64,000 bases of DNA from a virus. Positions 18,813 through 27,459 of the stretch are shown here, piece after piece (position 1 is the first letter of the stretch; each line of letters opens with the position of its first letter). The stretch covers positions 195,772 to 259,771 of the IMG/VR virus record IMGVR_UViG_3300042923_000569; one strand, written 5' to 3'. Under the pieces are notes generated by a model. The model saw nothing but the letters and a program-made list of their open reading frames with translations, was not told the DNA's origin and did not search any database. The position numbers and the translations under genes were made by a program.

Positions 18813-19255
18813 TCTAATATTTCCAAATCATAACGGTACTGGTCAGCATGAATACCACGTAAGTAATCTTCTGCTACATCCATATGCATTTTAGTACAAT
18901 CCAAAATCTTAATCTTTGATGTTTCAAAGAAACAGTACGAAGGTACTACATCTGGTTCATACTCATTGATGTAACGTATGTAATCATAATCAACTTCATC
19001 GTTGAGTAGTTGGTAATATAATTTCTTCCAGCCAGAATCAGAACCCTGATCTTTTGCTTCATATTCTTCGCCTAATTCAATTAAGCAACGATGAATATAG
19101 ATACTATCTAATGTTAAATCTCGAAGATGCCTTCGATCTTGTTTGAGTTTAAGTAAAGCACAATCAACGGCACTCATCATTCCACCCAAGTGTAATCCAC
19201 CAAATGGAACATAAAACTCTTCAATTTTAACAGTACTGGCATGAAATACAATCAT
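18809..19255 (-). CDS. hypothetical protein in the paralog array (148 aa)
   Basis: ORF track; weak motif similarity only. Confidence 0.5.
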   Translation of the reverse strand: MIVFHASTVKIEEFYVPFGGLHLGGMMSAVDCALLKLKQDRRHLRDLTLDSIYIHRCLIELGEEYEAKDQGSDSGWKKLYYQLLNDEVDYDYIRYINEYEPDVVPSYCFFETSKIKILDCTKMHMDVAEDYLRGIHADQYRYDLEILE

Positions 19256-19839
19256 ATGATAATGAACCCGTCTAGTACATCTAAGTTAAATGTGGATAAA
19301 TCGGAAACTTCAATAATAATTTCATTATCATTTATTCGTTTGTAAAATTCAAAACAGAAATCAATCTCTTTTTGGAACTGTTCATATTCTACAATATTCT
19401 GTACAGTCATTTGCTGGAAAAACCATTCTTCAGGTCGTTCTAATAAAATATCTTCAACATCAGCATATAAATCAACTAATACCCGATTAGTTTTATAATC
19501 AATACTATCACCAACAACAATAGAAAACTCCCACCCGCCTTTGTAACAAAAATAATCATTGCACACAATGCTGTCATAAAATTCAATATTGTAGTCTTCG
19601 GTTCTACGTATGGAAAACATTGCTCCCTCGTCAGGTGCTGCATCTGATTCATATACATAAAACCCGTCACCCCTCATACAAACATCTAAACCTAAACCTT
19701 TGTAATTGTAAAACATGAAGTTATAGTACTGTCCATTTTCAATGGATTCTTTGTACTTTTCTTCCATCATCTTATAAAGATTATAAACGTACATCAATTT
19801 ATTAATTGTATTAGTATTATAGAAATCATATCTGTTCAT
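19252..19839 (-). CDS. tandem YFQ-motif paralog (195 aa)
   Basis: ERPEEWFFQQMTVQNIVEYEQF. Confidence 0.55.
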   Translation of the reverse strand: MNRYDFYNTNTINKLMYVYNLYKMMEEKYKESIENGQYYNFMFYNYKGLGLDVCMRGDGFYVYESDAAPDEGAMFSIRRTEDYNIEFYDSIVCNDYFCYKGGWEFSIVVGDSIDYKTNRVLVDLYADVEDILLERPEEWFFQQMTVQNIVEYEQFQKEIDFCFEFYKRINDNEIIIEVSDLSTFNLDVLDGFIII

Positions 19840-20345
19840 TACAAAGAACCTAAGTGTGTCTCTTTAAGACGGTTAATGTGTGTACGTATTGCATTCAGAG
19901 TAAGTGGACTTATCATTCTATGAATATACCCATTGAAACCTTTGGTATAAAGAATACAACAAATATAGTACTCATACAGTTCTTTATCTGTCATAACAGT
20001 ACTTAACTGAAAGTCCAAGTCTTCTTTAAACTCTGATACATTAATAAGTTCTCTGCTAACGTATCGATTACACTTTTTATCAATACCATTAAAAAACCAA
20101 AACGTATCATACAAATCTGTTAAACCTGGATTAAACATTAAAAAAGTTTCAAAAATATCGGTTCTTGAATCTCTTATCCTGATAGTACTTTTATTAAAAA
20201 AATATTTGTTCTTTAGTGTATTATAATTATTTGTATAAAGTCCAGAAGACTTGGTAAGTACATCAAGTAATTCGGTATGAATATCTTTTATATCCATAAT
20301 CTTCTGAACGTAGAACTCAGCACGTTCGAATATTCTTAAACTCAT
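19839..20345 (-). CDS. hypothetical protein in the paralog array (168 aa)
   Basis: ORF track. Confidence 0.5.
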   Translation of the reverse strand: MSLRIFERAEFYVQKIMDIKDIHTELLDVLTKSSGLYTNNYNTLKNKYFFNKSTIRIRDSRTDIFETFLMFNPGLTDLYDTFWFFNGIDKKCNRYVSRELINVSEFKEDLDFQLSTVMTDKELYEYYICCILYTKGFNGYIHRMISPLTLNAIRTHINRLKETHLGSL

Positions 20346-20953
20346 AATTTCTTCAAACTCCGAAAAGTACCAATTACTAATTTCATACCATCAGTTATTG
20401 ATTTAACAAGCTTAGGATCTGAGATAAGATTTTGTATAGGTTCTTCACACTCAGATTCTTTAGCACTGTTTAAATGAATCCCCGTCAGATAATCAGTACT
20501 GTAATAGCTCATTACCTTATCATAGAATGTTTCTGGTGCTAAATCCAGAACAGACAAATACTGAAAGTACTGTTCTTCCTGGATAGGATAGTTCATCTGA
20601 TGATCATATTTTTCAGCACCAGCAGAACCCACCAAACTAATAACTGACGAAGATGCTCTCCGACCACATTCAATCTGAATGTTCAAATCATCAGTATAAA
20701 CAATCGTATTTTCAGTAATGTAATCGTAATATAAGTAAATCATATACACAAATGAATCATTAATCAGTTTGAATGAGACTGAATCAGGAAACACGCTAAA
20801 CCGAAATTCTACTCCACTCTTGGTTCCACCAAAGTTATAAGGTTTATCTGGAATGAAATTTTTATCGTTAATTGCAATACGAAGACCTTCCAACTCAGTA
20901 ATTACTTCCGAAAAACTTTCGGTAATATCCTGTACTAACTCTAACCGTAACAT
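20342..20953 (-). CDS. tandem YFQ-motif paralog (203 aa)
   Basis: NYPIQEEQYFQYLSVLDLAPETFY. Confidence 0.55.
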   Translation of the reverse strand: MLRLELVQDITESFSEVITELEGLRIAINDKNFIPDKPYNFGGTKSGVEFRFSVFPDSVSFKLINDSFVYMIYLYYDYITENTIVYTDDLNIQIECGRRASSSVISLVGSAGAEKYDHQMNYPIQEEQYFQYLSVLDLAPETFYDKVMSYYSTDYLTGIHLNSAKESECEEPIQNLISDPKLVKSITDGMKLVIGTFRSLKKL

Positions 20954-21086
20954 CTTCGCCCCGTCGCCGCGTGCCGCCCATTATATCTTGATAACTATAA
21001 TGAGAAGCGGAAATTTTTTTTGGTCATTTTTTAACCTGCCTTTTTTAAGGCAACACTTATTTATGCAAACCAAAAGAGGCCATTTT

Positions 21087-21707
21087 TCAATAGCCTTGTG
21101 TCTTAAAGCGTTTAATCTCTTCTGTCATTAAACCTTTTGTCGCATCCATAACGTATTGTACCACATTATCTAAACTTGTTTCATTTAATAGCGGATTCGA
21201 TAAATGCATCTGCGTATGAAACGCCTGAAACATTGGACAACTTTCAATAACGTACTGACTCGTGTACATAAACCTATCAATCAAATCCTCTGAAGGTAAT
21301 TCCATTTGTGTTAAACGCTGAAAGTACTCAGCCTCGTCTAAAGGATATTTTAACGTAACATTTTCACGTTTCCACAAACTCACTATTTTCACTAAATTTA
21401 TTTCATCGGTCAAACCACCCGTAACACTCAAAATACCTGGTTCGAAAAACCTAATCTCTGATGACTTCTCAGTACTACCATGATACAACCAAACTGAATG
21501 AAATAATGGTAACTTCTCTCCGTCTTCCCGAATGCTATGAACGTCAAATGTCATTCTGTCATGCACGAATCGTACCAACCTTATATATACATGGTCAGTA
21601 CTATATTCCAAATCATCCTGTACACCTGGAGTAAAAGTACCAACAAGCTTCTGTACTTCAGCTAAAGCCTGATAGAACTCTAAAAACTTTATCCTGTTGT
21701 CTGACAT
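21087..21707 (-). CDS. tandem YFQ-motif paralog (206 aa)
   Basis: YPLDEAEYFQRLTQMELPSEDLI. Confidence 0.55.
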   Translation of the reverse strand: MSDNRIKFLEFYQALAEVQKLVGTFTPGVQDDLEYSTDHVYIRLVRFVHDRMTFDVHSIREDGEKLPLFHSVWLYHGSTEKSSEIRFFEPGILSVTGGLTDEINLVKIVSLWKRENVTLKYPLDEAEYFQRLTQMELPSEDLIDRFMYTSQYVIESCPMFQAFHTQMHLSNPLLNETSLDNVVQYVMDATKGLMTEEIKRFKTQGY

Positions 21708-22252
21708 AATAATTCCTTTAGTACGTGTATTAGGTGCCGTAAATCGTCTTCACTGAGAATATCGTATACATTGAAATTAATCTGTACTCTAGGATGCTCA
21801 GGACTGTAGTTACGGTACAAGTGTTCAAGTATCATAGCATTGACTTCATTCTGTGTGTACTTTGTTAGTAGCTGGAACTCCATCGATTCTAATTCATCGT
21901 GACTTAATCGTTCATCAGGAGAGTAAGGTAAAGATGGAAAACTATTCCTTGCCATATATAATTGTGCTGAACTTTCTCTTACTATATCCCTAAAGGTATT
22001 GTATCGTGTCTGTATCGTAAAATTATAGTCATCCCTCAAAGTACTATTAAGCGGTGCACTAAAGTCCTGTAAAGAAATAAACTCAGTGTAAGTAATCACA
22101 TACAATGCAGTACTTGCACTATAACTGAAAAGCCTATAAGTCTTGTCAGACTTGTCAGATGGGAGTATCCTTATCTCATCATTAACTACTTTCTCATGGA
22201 AATGTAAGTCTTTAAGTAAACATACCAATTCCGCTAGGAGTACAATTTTCAT
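21689..22252 (-). CDS. tandem YFQ-motif paralog (187 aa)
   Basis: YSPDERLSHDELESMEFQLLTKYTQNEV. Confidence 0.5.
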   Translation of the reverse strand: MKIVLLAELVCLLKDLHFHEKVVNDEIRILPSDKSDKTYRLFSYSASTALYVITYTEFISLQDFSAPLNSTLRDDYNFTIQTRYNTFRDIVRESSAQLYMARNSFPSLPYSPDERLSHDELESMEFQLLTKYTQNEVNAMILEHLYRNYSPEHPRVQINFNVYDILSEDDLRHLIHVLKELLCQTTG

Positions 22253-22824
22253 TTCATCGAACTCTTAAGATAAGGAACCAGAATATTAACTACTTCATGA
22301 GGTTCTAACATATCATGATATAGTACCACCCCAACGCTAAGTGCATCGTAGTTGGACAGTAGCTGTTGCATAACCCTAACCTCATCATCCAAGATTTTAT
22401 ACTGTTCTTCAGTAAGTAAGTTCTGGACAGTCATCAACTGAAAGTACTGTTCTTCACTGAAAGGATATGGCATAAAAGTATAAGGACTTTTAGAATCTTT
22501 GGAGTTATCCTTATCGTACAGTGCGTAATATCTTGGGAAGTCAGGTTTCCAGTGTGCTAGACGAATACTGTTCTCTGTTATAGTACTGAAGTACTGGTCT
22601 TTGCTATTATAACTAATCTCGTAGATAGTAGTTCTACCAGTAGGTAATTCACGGTGTAATCTTAGAATCCTGTCTAAACTTACAAAAGGGTTCTCTATAA
22701 ATTCTATTACATAACCGTGTTCTATTATTGTAGTATCACACTTTCTTGGGTTAGCGTTGTACATTAAAGGTACTAAAGCCGCCCACGTACCAATGAACAT
22801 ATCCTGTAGTTTATCGTAATCCAT
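22249..22824 (-). CDS. tandem YFQ-motif paralog (191 aa)
   Basis: MPYPFSEEQYFQLMTVQNLLTEEQY. Confidence 0.55.
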   Translation of the reverse strand: MDYDKLQDMFIGTWAALVPLMYNANPRKCDTTIIEHGYVIEFIENPFVSLDRILRLHRELPTGRTTIYEISYNSKDQYFSTITENSIRLAHWKPDFPRYYALYDKDNSKDSKSPYTFMPYPFSEEQYFQLMTVQNLLTEEQYKILDDEVRVMQQLLSNYDALSVGVVLYHDMLEPHEVVNILVPYLKSSMK

Positions 22825-22833
22825 ATCGTGCCT

Positions 22834-23349
22834 TTATAGTAGTTCTGTTAAGTTTAAAAATCGTATAGTGCAACGTTTAAGTCGTTCAGTCTTTTGCTCT
22901 ATACTGTTGTCATCTTCGTTGGTTATCGTGATGCAATCGTAGGGAAGTTTTGCTTCGGTATAGAAAGTACTGCACAGGTTGCTTAACATCGTAGGTTCAT
23001 CGTGTAGTGACATTTGCTGAAATATGAACTCATCAGTGAGTGCTATCGTGCTGTACTTATCGTACTCATAATCTACTGGTGCGATTTGACCTGGACATTT
23101 CAGTACAGTACTTCGGTTGTTAGTTTTCCATCCTGGTTCTTGATCTCGACCAATGATAGTATAAAGATTGTTGATATTAAAAATCATATTGTTTTTCTGT
23201 TTATAAGTAAGATTTAATCCTTCAACTGGTGAAATCGACCCTTCTAATTTAAAGTGCTTAAAGTATTGCTCTAATTTAAAGAACAGTATGTTGCCCGAAA
23301 CGGACATATCAATGTATGCCCGAACGTATTCCTGTATATCACCAAACAT
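22834..23349 (-). CDS. tandem YFQ-motif paralog (171 aa)
   Basis: ALTDEFIFQQMSLHDEPTML. Confidence 0.5.
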   Translation of the reverse strand: MFGDIQEYVRAYIDMSVSGNILFFKLEQYFKHFKLEGSISPVEGLNLTYKQKNNMIFNINNLYTIIGRDQEPGWKTNNRSTVLKCPGQIAPVDYEYDKYSTIALTDEFIFQQMSLHDEPTMLSNLCSTFYTEAKLPYDCITITNEDDNSIEQKTERLKRCTIRFLNLTELL

Positions 23350-23410
23350 GTAAAACCTTTATCCTTATACCCCATTTATGTGTCGCTAAGCGTTACTGGC
23401 CTTTAGTACT

Positions 23411-23447
23411 AAAAAAATAAAACCATAGTCCAATGGTTTTTATTTTA
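23411..23447. terminator. bidirectional rho-independent terminator
   Basis: aaaaccatagtccaatggtttt flanked by an A-run and a T-run. Confidence 0.6.
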
Positions 23448-23553
23448 GAAATGTCAAGGGATTACCTGTGCATTTTAAAAGTCAAGAAGTTTTATTTTGA
23501 GGTAACTATTTTTTGCACCTATATAAAAGTACGCTAATCCTTCGCAGGACACG

Positions 23554-23754
23554 TTATACGCGGCGTACAGTACAGCCTGACGTACCATACTCCACCTGGT
23601 ACTCTGAGCCAGTAGGTAGTCGCTCAAGGGCGTTGCGTAGCGTGGTAGTCTTCTTCACGCTGATAGGTAGCTGACGTAGTACTACATGCACTGCTTCATC
23701 AGTACTATTAACCTGAGCCACGATGGAACCGAGGCAACCGATAACTGTAAACAT
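23554..23754 (-). CDS. hypothetical protein (66 aa) in a GC-richer island
   Basis: first ATG has an AAGGA RBS (aaggacaataagattATG); the track ORF (23554..23793) begins inside a promoter -10 element. Confidence 0.4.
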   Translation of the reverse strand: MFTVIGCLGSIVAQVNSTDEAVHVVLRQLPISVKKTTTLRNALERLPTGSEYQVEYGTSGCTVRRV

Positions 23755-23791
23755 AATCTTATTGTCCTTATGAATAGGGAAAGCCACCAGC

Positions 23792-23820
23792 ATTGTGCCA
23801 GTGGCTTAGGGATTTGTCAA
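23792..23820 (-). promoter_or_regulatory. sigma70-like promoter (TTGACA-17-CACAAT)
   Basis: minus strand agtacTTGACAaatccctaagccactggCACAATg. Confidence 0.45.
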
Positions 23821-23834
23821 GTACTATTGTACTT

Positions 23835-24131
23835 TTAATTATTGTCCTGCTGCAATTCATATTTGAATGATACGAGATCATCATTCAGATAGAATGTACT
23901 GTGACCAGGTTTAACATCAGCGTGACCATCAACTGACTGTTTGTAGTTTGACTCCAGCCATTCCATCTGGTCTTGCTGGTCTTCAGGGTCGGTAATCCCG
24001 CACGCCATCAGCACCATCATTACCGCCAGTTGTCTAGGGTTTTCAGTACCAACCAGGTTGATTCTAATGTCCAGTACGTTGAAGCCAAAACGGTTTACAG
24101 AAACATTAACGAACGGGGTAGATGTAGCCAT
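23835..24131 (-). CDS. hypothetical protein (98 aa)
   Basis: ATG at 24131 preceded by GGAG at -9; the longer track ORF (to 24212) lacks an RBS. Confidence 0.5.
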   Translation of the reverse strand: MATSTPFVNVSVNRFGFNVLDIRINLVGTENPRQLAVMMVLMACGITDPEDQQDQMEWLESNYKQSVDGHADVKPGHSTFYLNDDLVSFKYELQQDNN

Positions 24132-24232
24132 GATGTAAATCTCCGGGGTAATGTGAAAAGCACTATTGCCTTCCGATGAATATATAATACTACTACCTAT
24201 CCGAGTACGCAAGTACTTTCTTAAAGATTATT

Positions 24233-24478
24233 CTAAGAAATGTATTCAATACTTACTACCATATCATTGCTAATATATCCTCTGCCGTTACCTGATACGC
24301 AGGCACGATAGTTAATCTCTGCTATTGCCTGATGGTCTTCGCGTTTAGTACTGTTAGTTGCAGCCATTGTAAGATCCACCAGCACTCTCATATGCCCAGG
24401 GGTCTTATCGCGGTTCAATGTGAATTCAGTAATATCAGTGTTGCCTAATGATACAGTTACTTTAATCTGATTTGACAT
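24233..24478 (-). CDS. hypothetical protein (81 aa)
   Basis: ORF track. Confidence 0.5.
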   Translation of the reverse strand: MSNQIKVTVSLGNTDITEFTLNRDKTPGHMRVLVDLTMAATNSTKREDHQAIAEINYRACVSGNGRGYISNDMVVSIEYIS

Positions 24479-24534
24479 ATCCGTGCCCCTAGAGAAAGTG
24501 GGAAGTAGTCTTACTTCCCGATGTGATTAATATA

Positions 24535-24804
24535 CTACTTAGCGATCTTTGCTGCAAGTACTTTCAAGAATGTTTTCAATTCTTTTTCGTTAGAAGTTTC
24601 TAACAGTACATTGCCATTAATTTCATTTACTTTGAATGAACCGTTGGCATACACTCTTACAAAGTACATTGGTTCTGCTGCATCTTCTTCATCATCGATA
24701 GACCAGAACTCTACTTCAGTAGCTTCTTCATCATCGATTGTTTCCATGAAGTCTGCAACCTGGTTAGCACCAAACAGTTTATTCAGCAGGGTGATAATTT
24801 TCAT
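24535..24804 (-). CDS. hypothetical protein (89 aa, acidic)
   Basis: ORF track; early-type promoter about 35 nt upstream. Confidence 0.55.
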   Translation of the reverse strand: MKIITLLNKLFGANQVADFMETIDDEEATEVEFWSIDDEEDAAEPMYFVRVYANGSFKVNEINGNVLLETSNEKELKTFLKVLAAKIAK

Positions 24805-24836
24805 TTCGTTTACTCCGTTGCGTTTCCGATGTAGTA

Positions 24837-24865
24837 ATAATAGTACTTCTGAATGTTTAACGCAA
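24837..24865 (-). promoter_or_regulatory. early-type promoter, AGTACT cassette (TTGCGT-17-TATTAT)
   Basis: minus strand aaaaagGCTTGCGTtaaacattcagaagtacTATTATtactacatcgg; an A/T-rich UP-like tract lies upstream. Confidence 0.55.
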
Positions 24866-24910
24866 GCCTTTTTTAAATTAAAAGTATAATTTTTTATTTG
24901 CTGTAGGGTA

Positions 24911-24939
24911 TTGACAGGCCACCAGCACTAAGGCATAAT
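24911..24939 (+). promoter_or_regulatory. consensus sigma70-like promoter facing away from the genes (TTGACA-17-CATAAT)
   Basis: gtaTTGACAggccaccagcactaaggCATAATtaacac; would make a ~150-nt plus-strand RNA ending at the 25078-25103 terminator. Confidence 0.5.
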
Positions 24940-24950
24940 TAACACACAGA

Positions 24951-25036
24951 CGGCGAAACGTCTTTGACCCATAGGGTGCGGAGCTATATAAAAAATAAAA
25001 GTACTATCCAATAGATAGATCTATGCACCCTATGGG
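24951..25036. repeat. quasi-palindromic intergenic element (CCCATAGGGTGC arms), copy 1
   Basis: small hairpin gacgGCGAAAcgtc, then arm cccatagggtgc(ggag) 24968-24983, ~41-nt loop, arm gcaccctatggg 25025-25036. Confidence 0.6.
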
Positions 25037-25077
25037 CTTAGTGGCTGTATCTGCCAATGAGATAAGTATAGCAAAAA

Positions 25078-25103
25078 GGGCTGACCGAAGTCAACCCCTT
25101 TTA
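25078..25103. terminator. conserved hairpin terminator of the GGGCTGAC-CGAA-GTCAACCC family
   Basis: perfect stem only in the minus-strand transcript (G-U replaces C.A); U-runs on both sides. Confidence 0.6.
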
Positions 25104-25118
25104 TGTAATTCTTTTTGG

Positions 25119-25289
25119 TTATGCTGGCTGGTGATCGTGACGGCCTTTAGTGTAGGCGTCCTCTAATTCTTTACGTTGCCAGGTATCGAGTGAGTTAAAC
25201 AAAAGGCGGTTATCATTATCAACCGGGCGGTTGTTGGTTCCTAATTCGTACCAACGTACTTTCAACATTTCTAAATCTACTTGAACCAT
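25119..25289 (-). CDS. small protein (56 aa; below the track cutoff); paralog of 25385..25594
   Basis: hand translation MVQVDLEMLKVRWYELGTNNRPVDNDNRLLFNSLDTWQRKELEDAY...; AAGGA RBS; shares LK(I/V)RWY and LF(D/N)SL motifs with its paralog. Confidence 0.45.
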   Translation of the reverse strand: MVQVDLEMLKVRWYELGTNNRPVDNDNRLLFNSLDTWQRKELEDAYTKGRHDHQPA

Positions 25290-25384
25290 TTTGTACTATC
25301 CTTATGGACTCATTGTAACGATTATATAATGTGGGTTATACTAAGTCAACCCTATTGATATTATTTTTTATTATGACTGGAATT

Positions 25385-25594
25385 TTAGAATGTCTTTACT
25401 GTTGGTAGTACTGTTGATTGCATCCACGTTTCTGATTCATCGTTGACGCCGTACAGATAGGCTTTCTTTAGTTCAGCCTGGATGTGGGATGGAAGGGAAT
25501 CGAATAGTTCTTTGTCTTTCCCAATGATTGGATTTCCTGCAACTGCCTGCTTGTACCAACGGATTTTTAAAGCTTCGACTTGACTGTTTTGCAT
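25385..25594 (-). CDS. small protein (69 aa); paralog of 25119..25289
   Basis: ORF track. Confidence 0.5.
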   Translation of the reverse strand: MQNSQVEALKIRWYKQAVAGNPIIGKDKELFDSLPSHIQAELKKAYLYGVNDESETWMQSTVLPTVKTF

Positions 25595-25709
25595 TGTTGG
25601 CCTACACCTTTCTTTGTTTTGTTAAGAACATCTTATCGGATTCCTCTTAATCTGTCAACTACCTTGACGAATTTTATTTTATGGTCTACCGTCAGGCTTA
25701 GTTGAGATA

Positions 25710-25740
25710 TAAAAAAAGAGGTTGACAATTGCCAACCTCT
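25710..25740 (-). terminator. rho-independent terminator
   Basis: minus strand agaggttggcaattgtcaacctct then T7. Confidence 0.6.
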
Positions 25741-25762
25741 GTGAATCTAAACGTGTAATAGG

Positions 25763-26107
25763 TTAAACGCTGTATGTTTCGATCTGATGCTGCTTGATCG
25801 CATTGCGTTGTACTGCATCCAATTTATTAAACGCTGGCGATCCGTATGCAGGTTCGATCTGAGTCCAGTTTTCCAGGTTGATAGGTTGCCCGTATGCGAT
25901 AGCCTGAAGCATACGCATAATGCGACGGTTCTGGATATCACGGATTTCCCGATCCGTTTTATCTTCATCTGACAACAGAGAAGATTCCAGCTTGAAGCGG
26001 CGACCATTGTAATCTTGTCCAGCGATTACATATTCAGTACTGTTATTTTTACCCGGCGACGTCATTACAAACAAGTTCATCTTCATGTAATTATCCTCCA
26101 TAAACAA
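25763..26107 (-). CDS. hypothetical protein (114 aa)
   Basis: ORF track; overlapping ORF 25747..26007 judged spurious. Confidence 0.5.
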   Translation of the reverse strand: MFMEDNYMKMNLFVMTSPGKNNSTEYVIAGQDYNGRRFKLESSLLSDEDKTDREIRDIQNRRIMRMLQAIAYGQPINLENWTQIEPAYGSPAFNKLDAVQRNAIKQHQIETYSV

Positions 26108-26127
26108 TATAATATGATTATAGGCTA

Positions 26128-26156
26128 AGGGCTGACGGTTGTCAACCCTTTTTTTA
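26128..26156. terminator. terminator hairpin, variant of the family (loop GGTT)
   Basis: agggctgacggttgtcaaccct then T7. Confidence 0.5.
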
Positions 26157-26166
26157 TATTTTAAAC

Positions 26167-27087
26167 TTAAAAATCGAGAAGTTCTTCAGGTTCGGCGTTT
26201 TTCAGTGCCAGCCTCTGATCTACCAGGTTCATCGCCATTTGCCAGAGTGAGCTATTCAACACGATGTTTTTATCAATGTTGGTGATAGCACGGCTGGTGC
26301 GTTTGCGTCCTGTTTCTGGATTGAAGCCTGACTGCCCGCCTTGCATCAAATGCTGTTGAACCGTATTAAAAGTACTATACAGGGAATTATCGTATTTGTC
26401 AGTACTATTTAAGCCTTTATGTGATAAAAGTGAACGCGGCTGGAATACGGCGTTTGTGAAATCACCGTTAAGCGGCATACCTTCTTTTAACACATACGCG
26501 GCAATGGCGAATGAATCACGTTCTGAAATGTTCAGATCAATCTGTTTCATTTCTTCTTTATAACGTTCAATATCATCAAAGTCTTTTACTACAGTGTAAA
26601 CACCTTCGATAACATCATCCATAACGCCTTTGCCTTTCGTGCCATTACCTTTGTGATAGATTTTAGTATTGTGTGACATATCACCCATTACTAAACCATT
26701 AGCACAAACAAAGCGAAATTGTCCCGCCATTAACTGGTAAGCACTTGTACCATCATTGGCATTCACCAAAATGATTTCGTTTGCTTCACCTTCAACCTTA
26801 CCAGGCTGACGGAAACGGATCATATGTTTAGTATAATCACGTTTGGTAGTATCGCGTACTTTTGCCTGTATCGCGTACATAGGAAAATAGTTTTCTTGTG
26901 CCAGGCGATCAACAATGTCAATCGTTGCCACTGGTGCAAATCTTGATGACCGGCTTTCGTGCCCTTCAACTGCGAAGATTGAAGGAACCACTTCTAACAG
27001 TTCAGTACGGTTCAATGGACGGTTATCTTTAAGGGCAAAGCCGTTGATTCCTTGATACATTTTGTTCATGGGATAGCCTCTAAGCAT
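26167..27087 (-). CDS. DUF932-like protein (phage/plasmid-like protein family, PF06067-type)
   Basis: remembered family hallmarks SIFAxEGHESRS and DGTSAYQLMAGQFRFVCANGLV; identification from memory only. Confidence 0.5.
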   Translation of the reverse strand: MLRGYPMNKMYQGINGFALKDNRPLNRTELLEVVPSIFAVEGHESRSSRFAPVATIDIVDRLAQENYFPMYAIQAKVRDTTKRDYTKHMIRFRQPGKVEGEANEIILVNANDGTSAYQLMAGQFRFVCANGLVMGDMSHNTKIYHKGNGTKGKGVMDDVIEGVYTVVKDFDDIERYKEEMKQIDLNISERDSFAIAAYVLKEGMPLNGDFTNAVFQPRSLLSHKGLNSTDKYDNSLYSTFNTVQQHLMQGGQSGFNPETGRKRTSRAITNIDKNIVLNSSLWQMAMNLVDQRLALKNAEPEELLDF

Positions 27088-27139
27088 TAAGTTTTTAAAT
27101 TATAATATGCTAAACTTTAATTGTCTAGCACATTTGAGA

Positions 27140-27337
27140 TTATTTTTTATTCAGTTCAATTGATAAAGCATCAAACTCTTTCTGTTGAGTACTGGTAAGA
27201 TCCACCAGCCAACTTACAGAAACCTCTACACGATAGCCATAATCAATCGCATAGATTGTGTTATCCAGAATCAGAGGCTGAATCGAGGGAAACTTTTCAG
27301 CTACCGCTGTATTGATGTTCAGTACTTTGCACCCCAT
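27140..27337 (-). CDS. hypothetical protein (65 aa)
   Basis: ORF track; early-type promoter at 27370-27398 upstream. Confidence 0.45.
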   Translation of the reverse strand: MGCKVLNINTAVAEKFPSIQPLILDNTIYAIDYGYRVEVSVSWLVDLTSTQQKEFDALSIELNKK

Positions 27338-27369
27338 TTCTTCAACCCCTGTTCTGTTTCGATGTAGTA

Positions 27370-27398
27370 ATAATAGTACTTTTATAAGTTAAACGCAA
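27370..27398 (-). promoter_or_regulatory. early-type promoter, AGTACT cassette (TTGCGT-17-TATTAT)
   Basis: near-identical to the 24837-24865 cassette. Confidence 0.5.
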
Positions 27399-27447
27399 GT
27401 ACTTTTTAAATTAAAAGTATAATTATTTGAAATTATTTTATTAGTAC

Positions 27448-27456
27448 TGCTACAAT
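27448..27456 (+). promoter_or_regulatory. extended -10 promoter (TGcTACAAT) reading into element copy 2
   Basis: cTGCTACAATacagcacccc...; transcript would end at the 27513-27540 terminator. Confidence 0.35.
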
Positions 27457-27459
27457 ACA

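Noticed and set aside
20954-21086. GC-rich segment and GCCTTTTTTAAGGC hairpin between paralog-array genes
   Set aside because: Hairpin is short with poor flanking U-tracts; could be a weak terminator but the evidence is insufficient.
25747-26007. ORF 25747..26007 (-) overlapping 25763..26107
   Set aside because: Alternative frame of the same locus; the 114-aa frame has the more protein-like composition.
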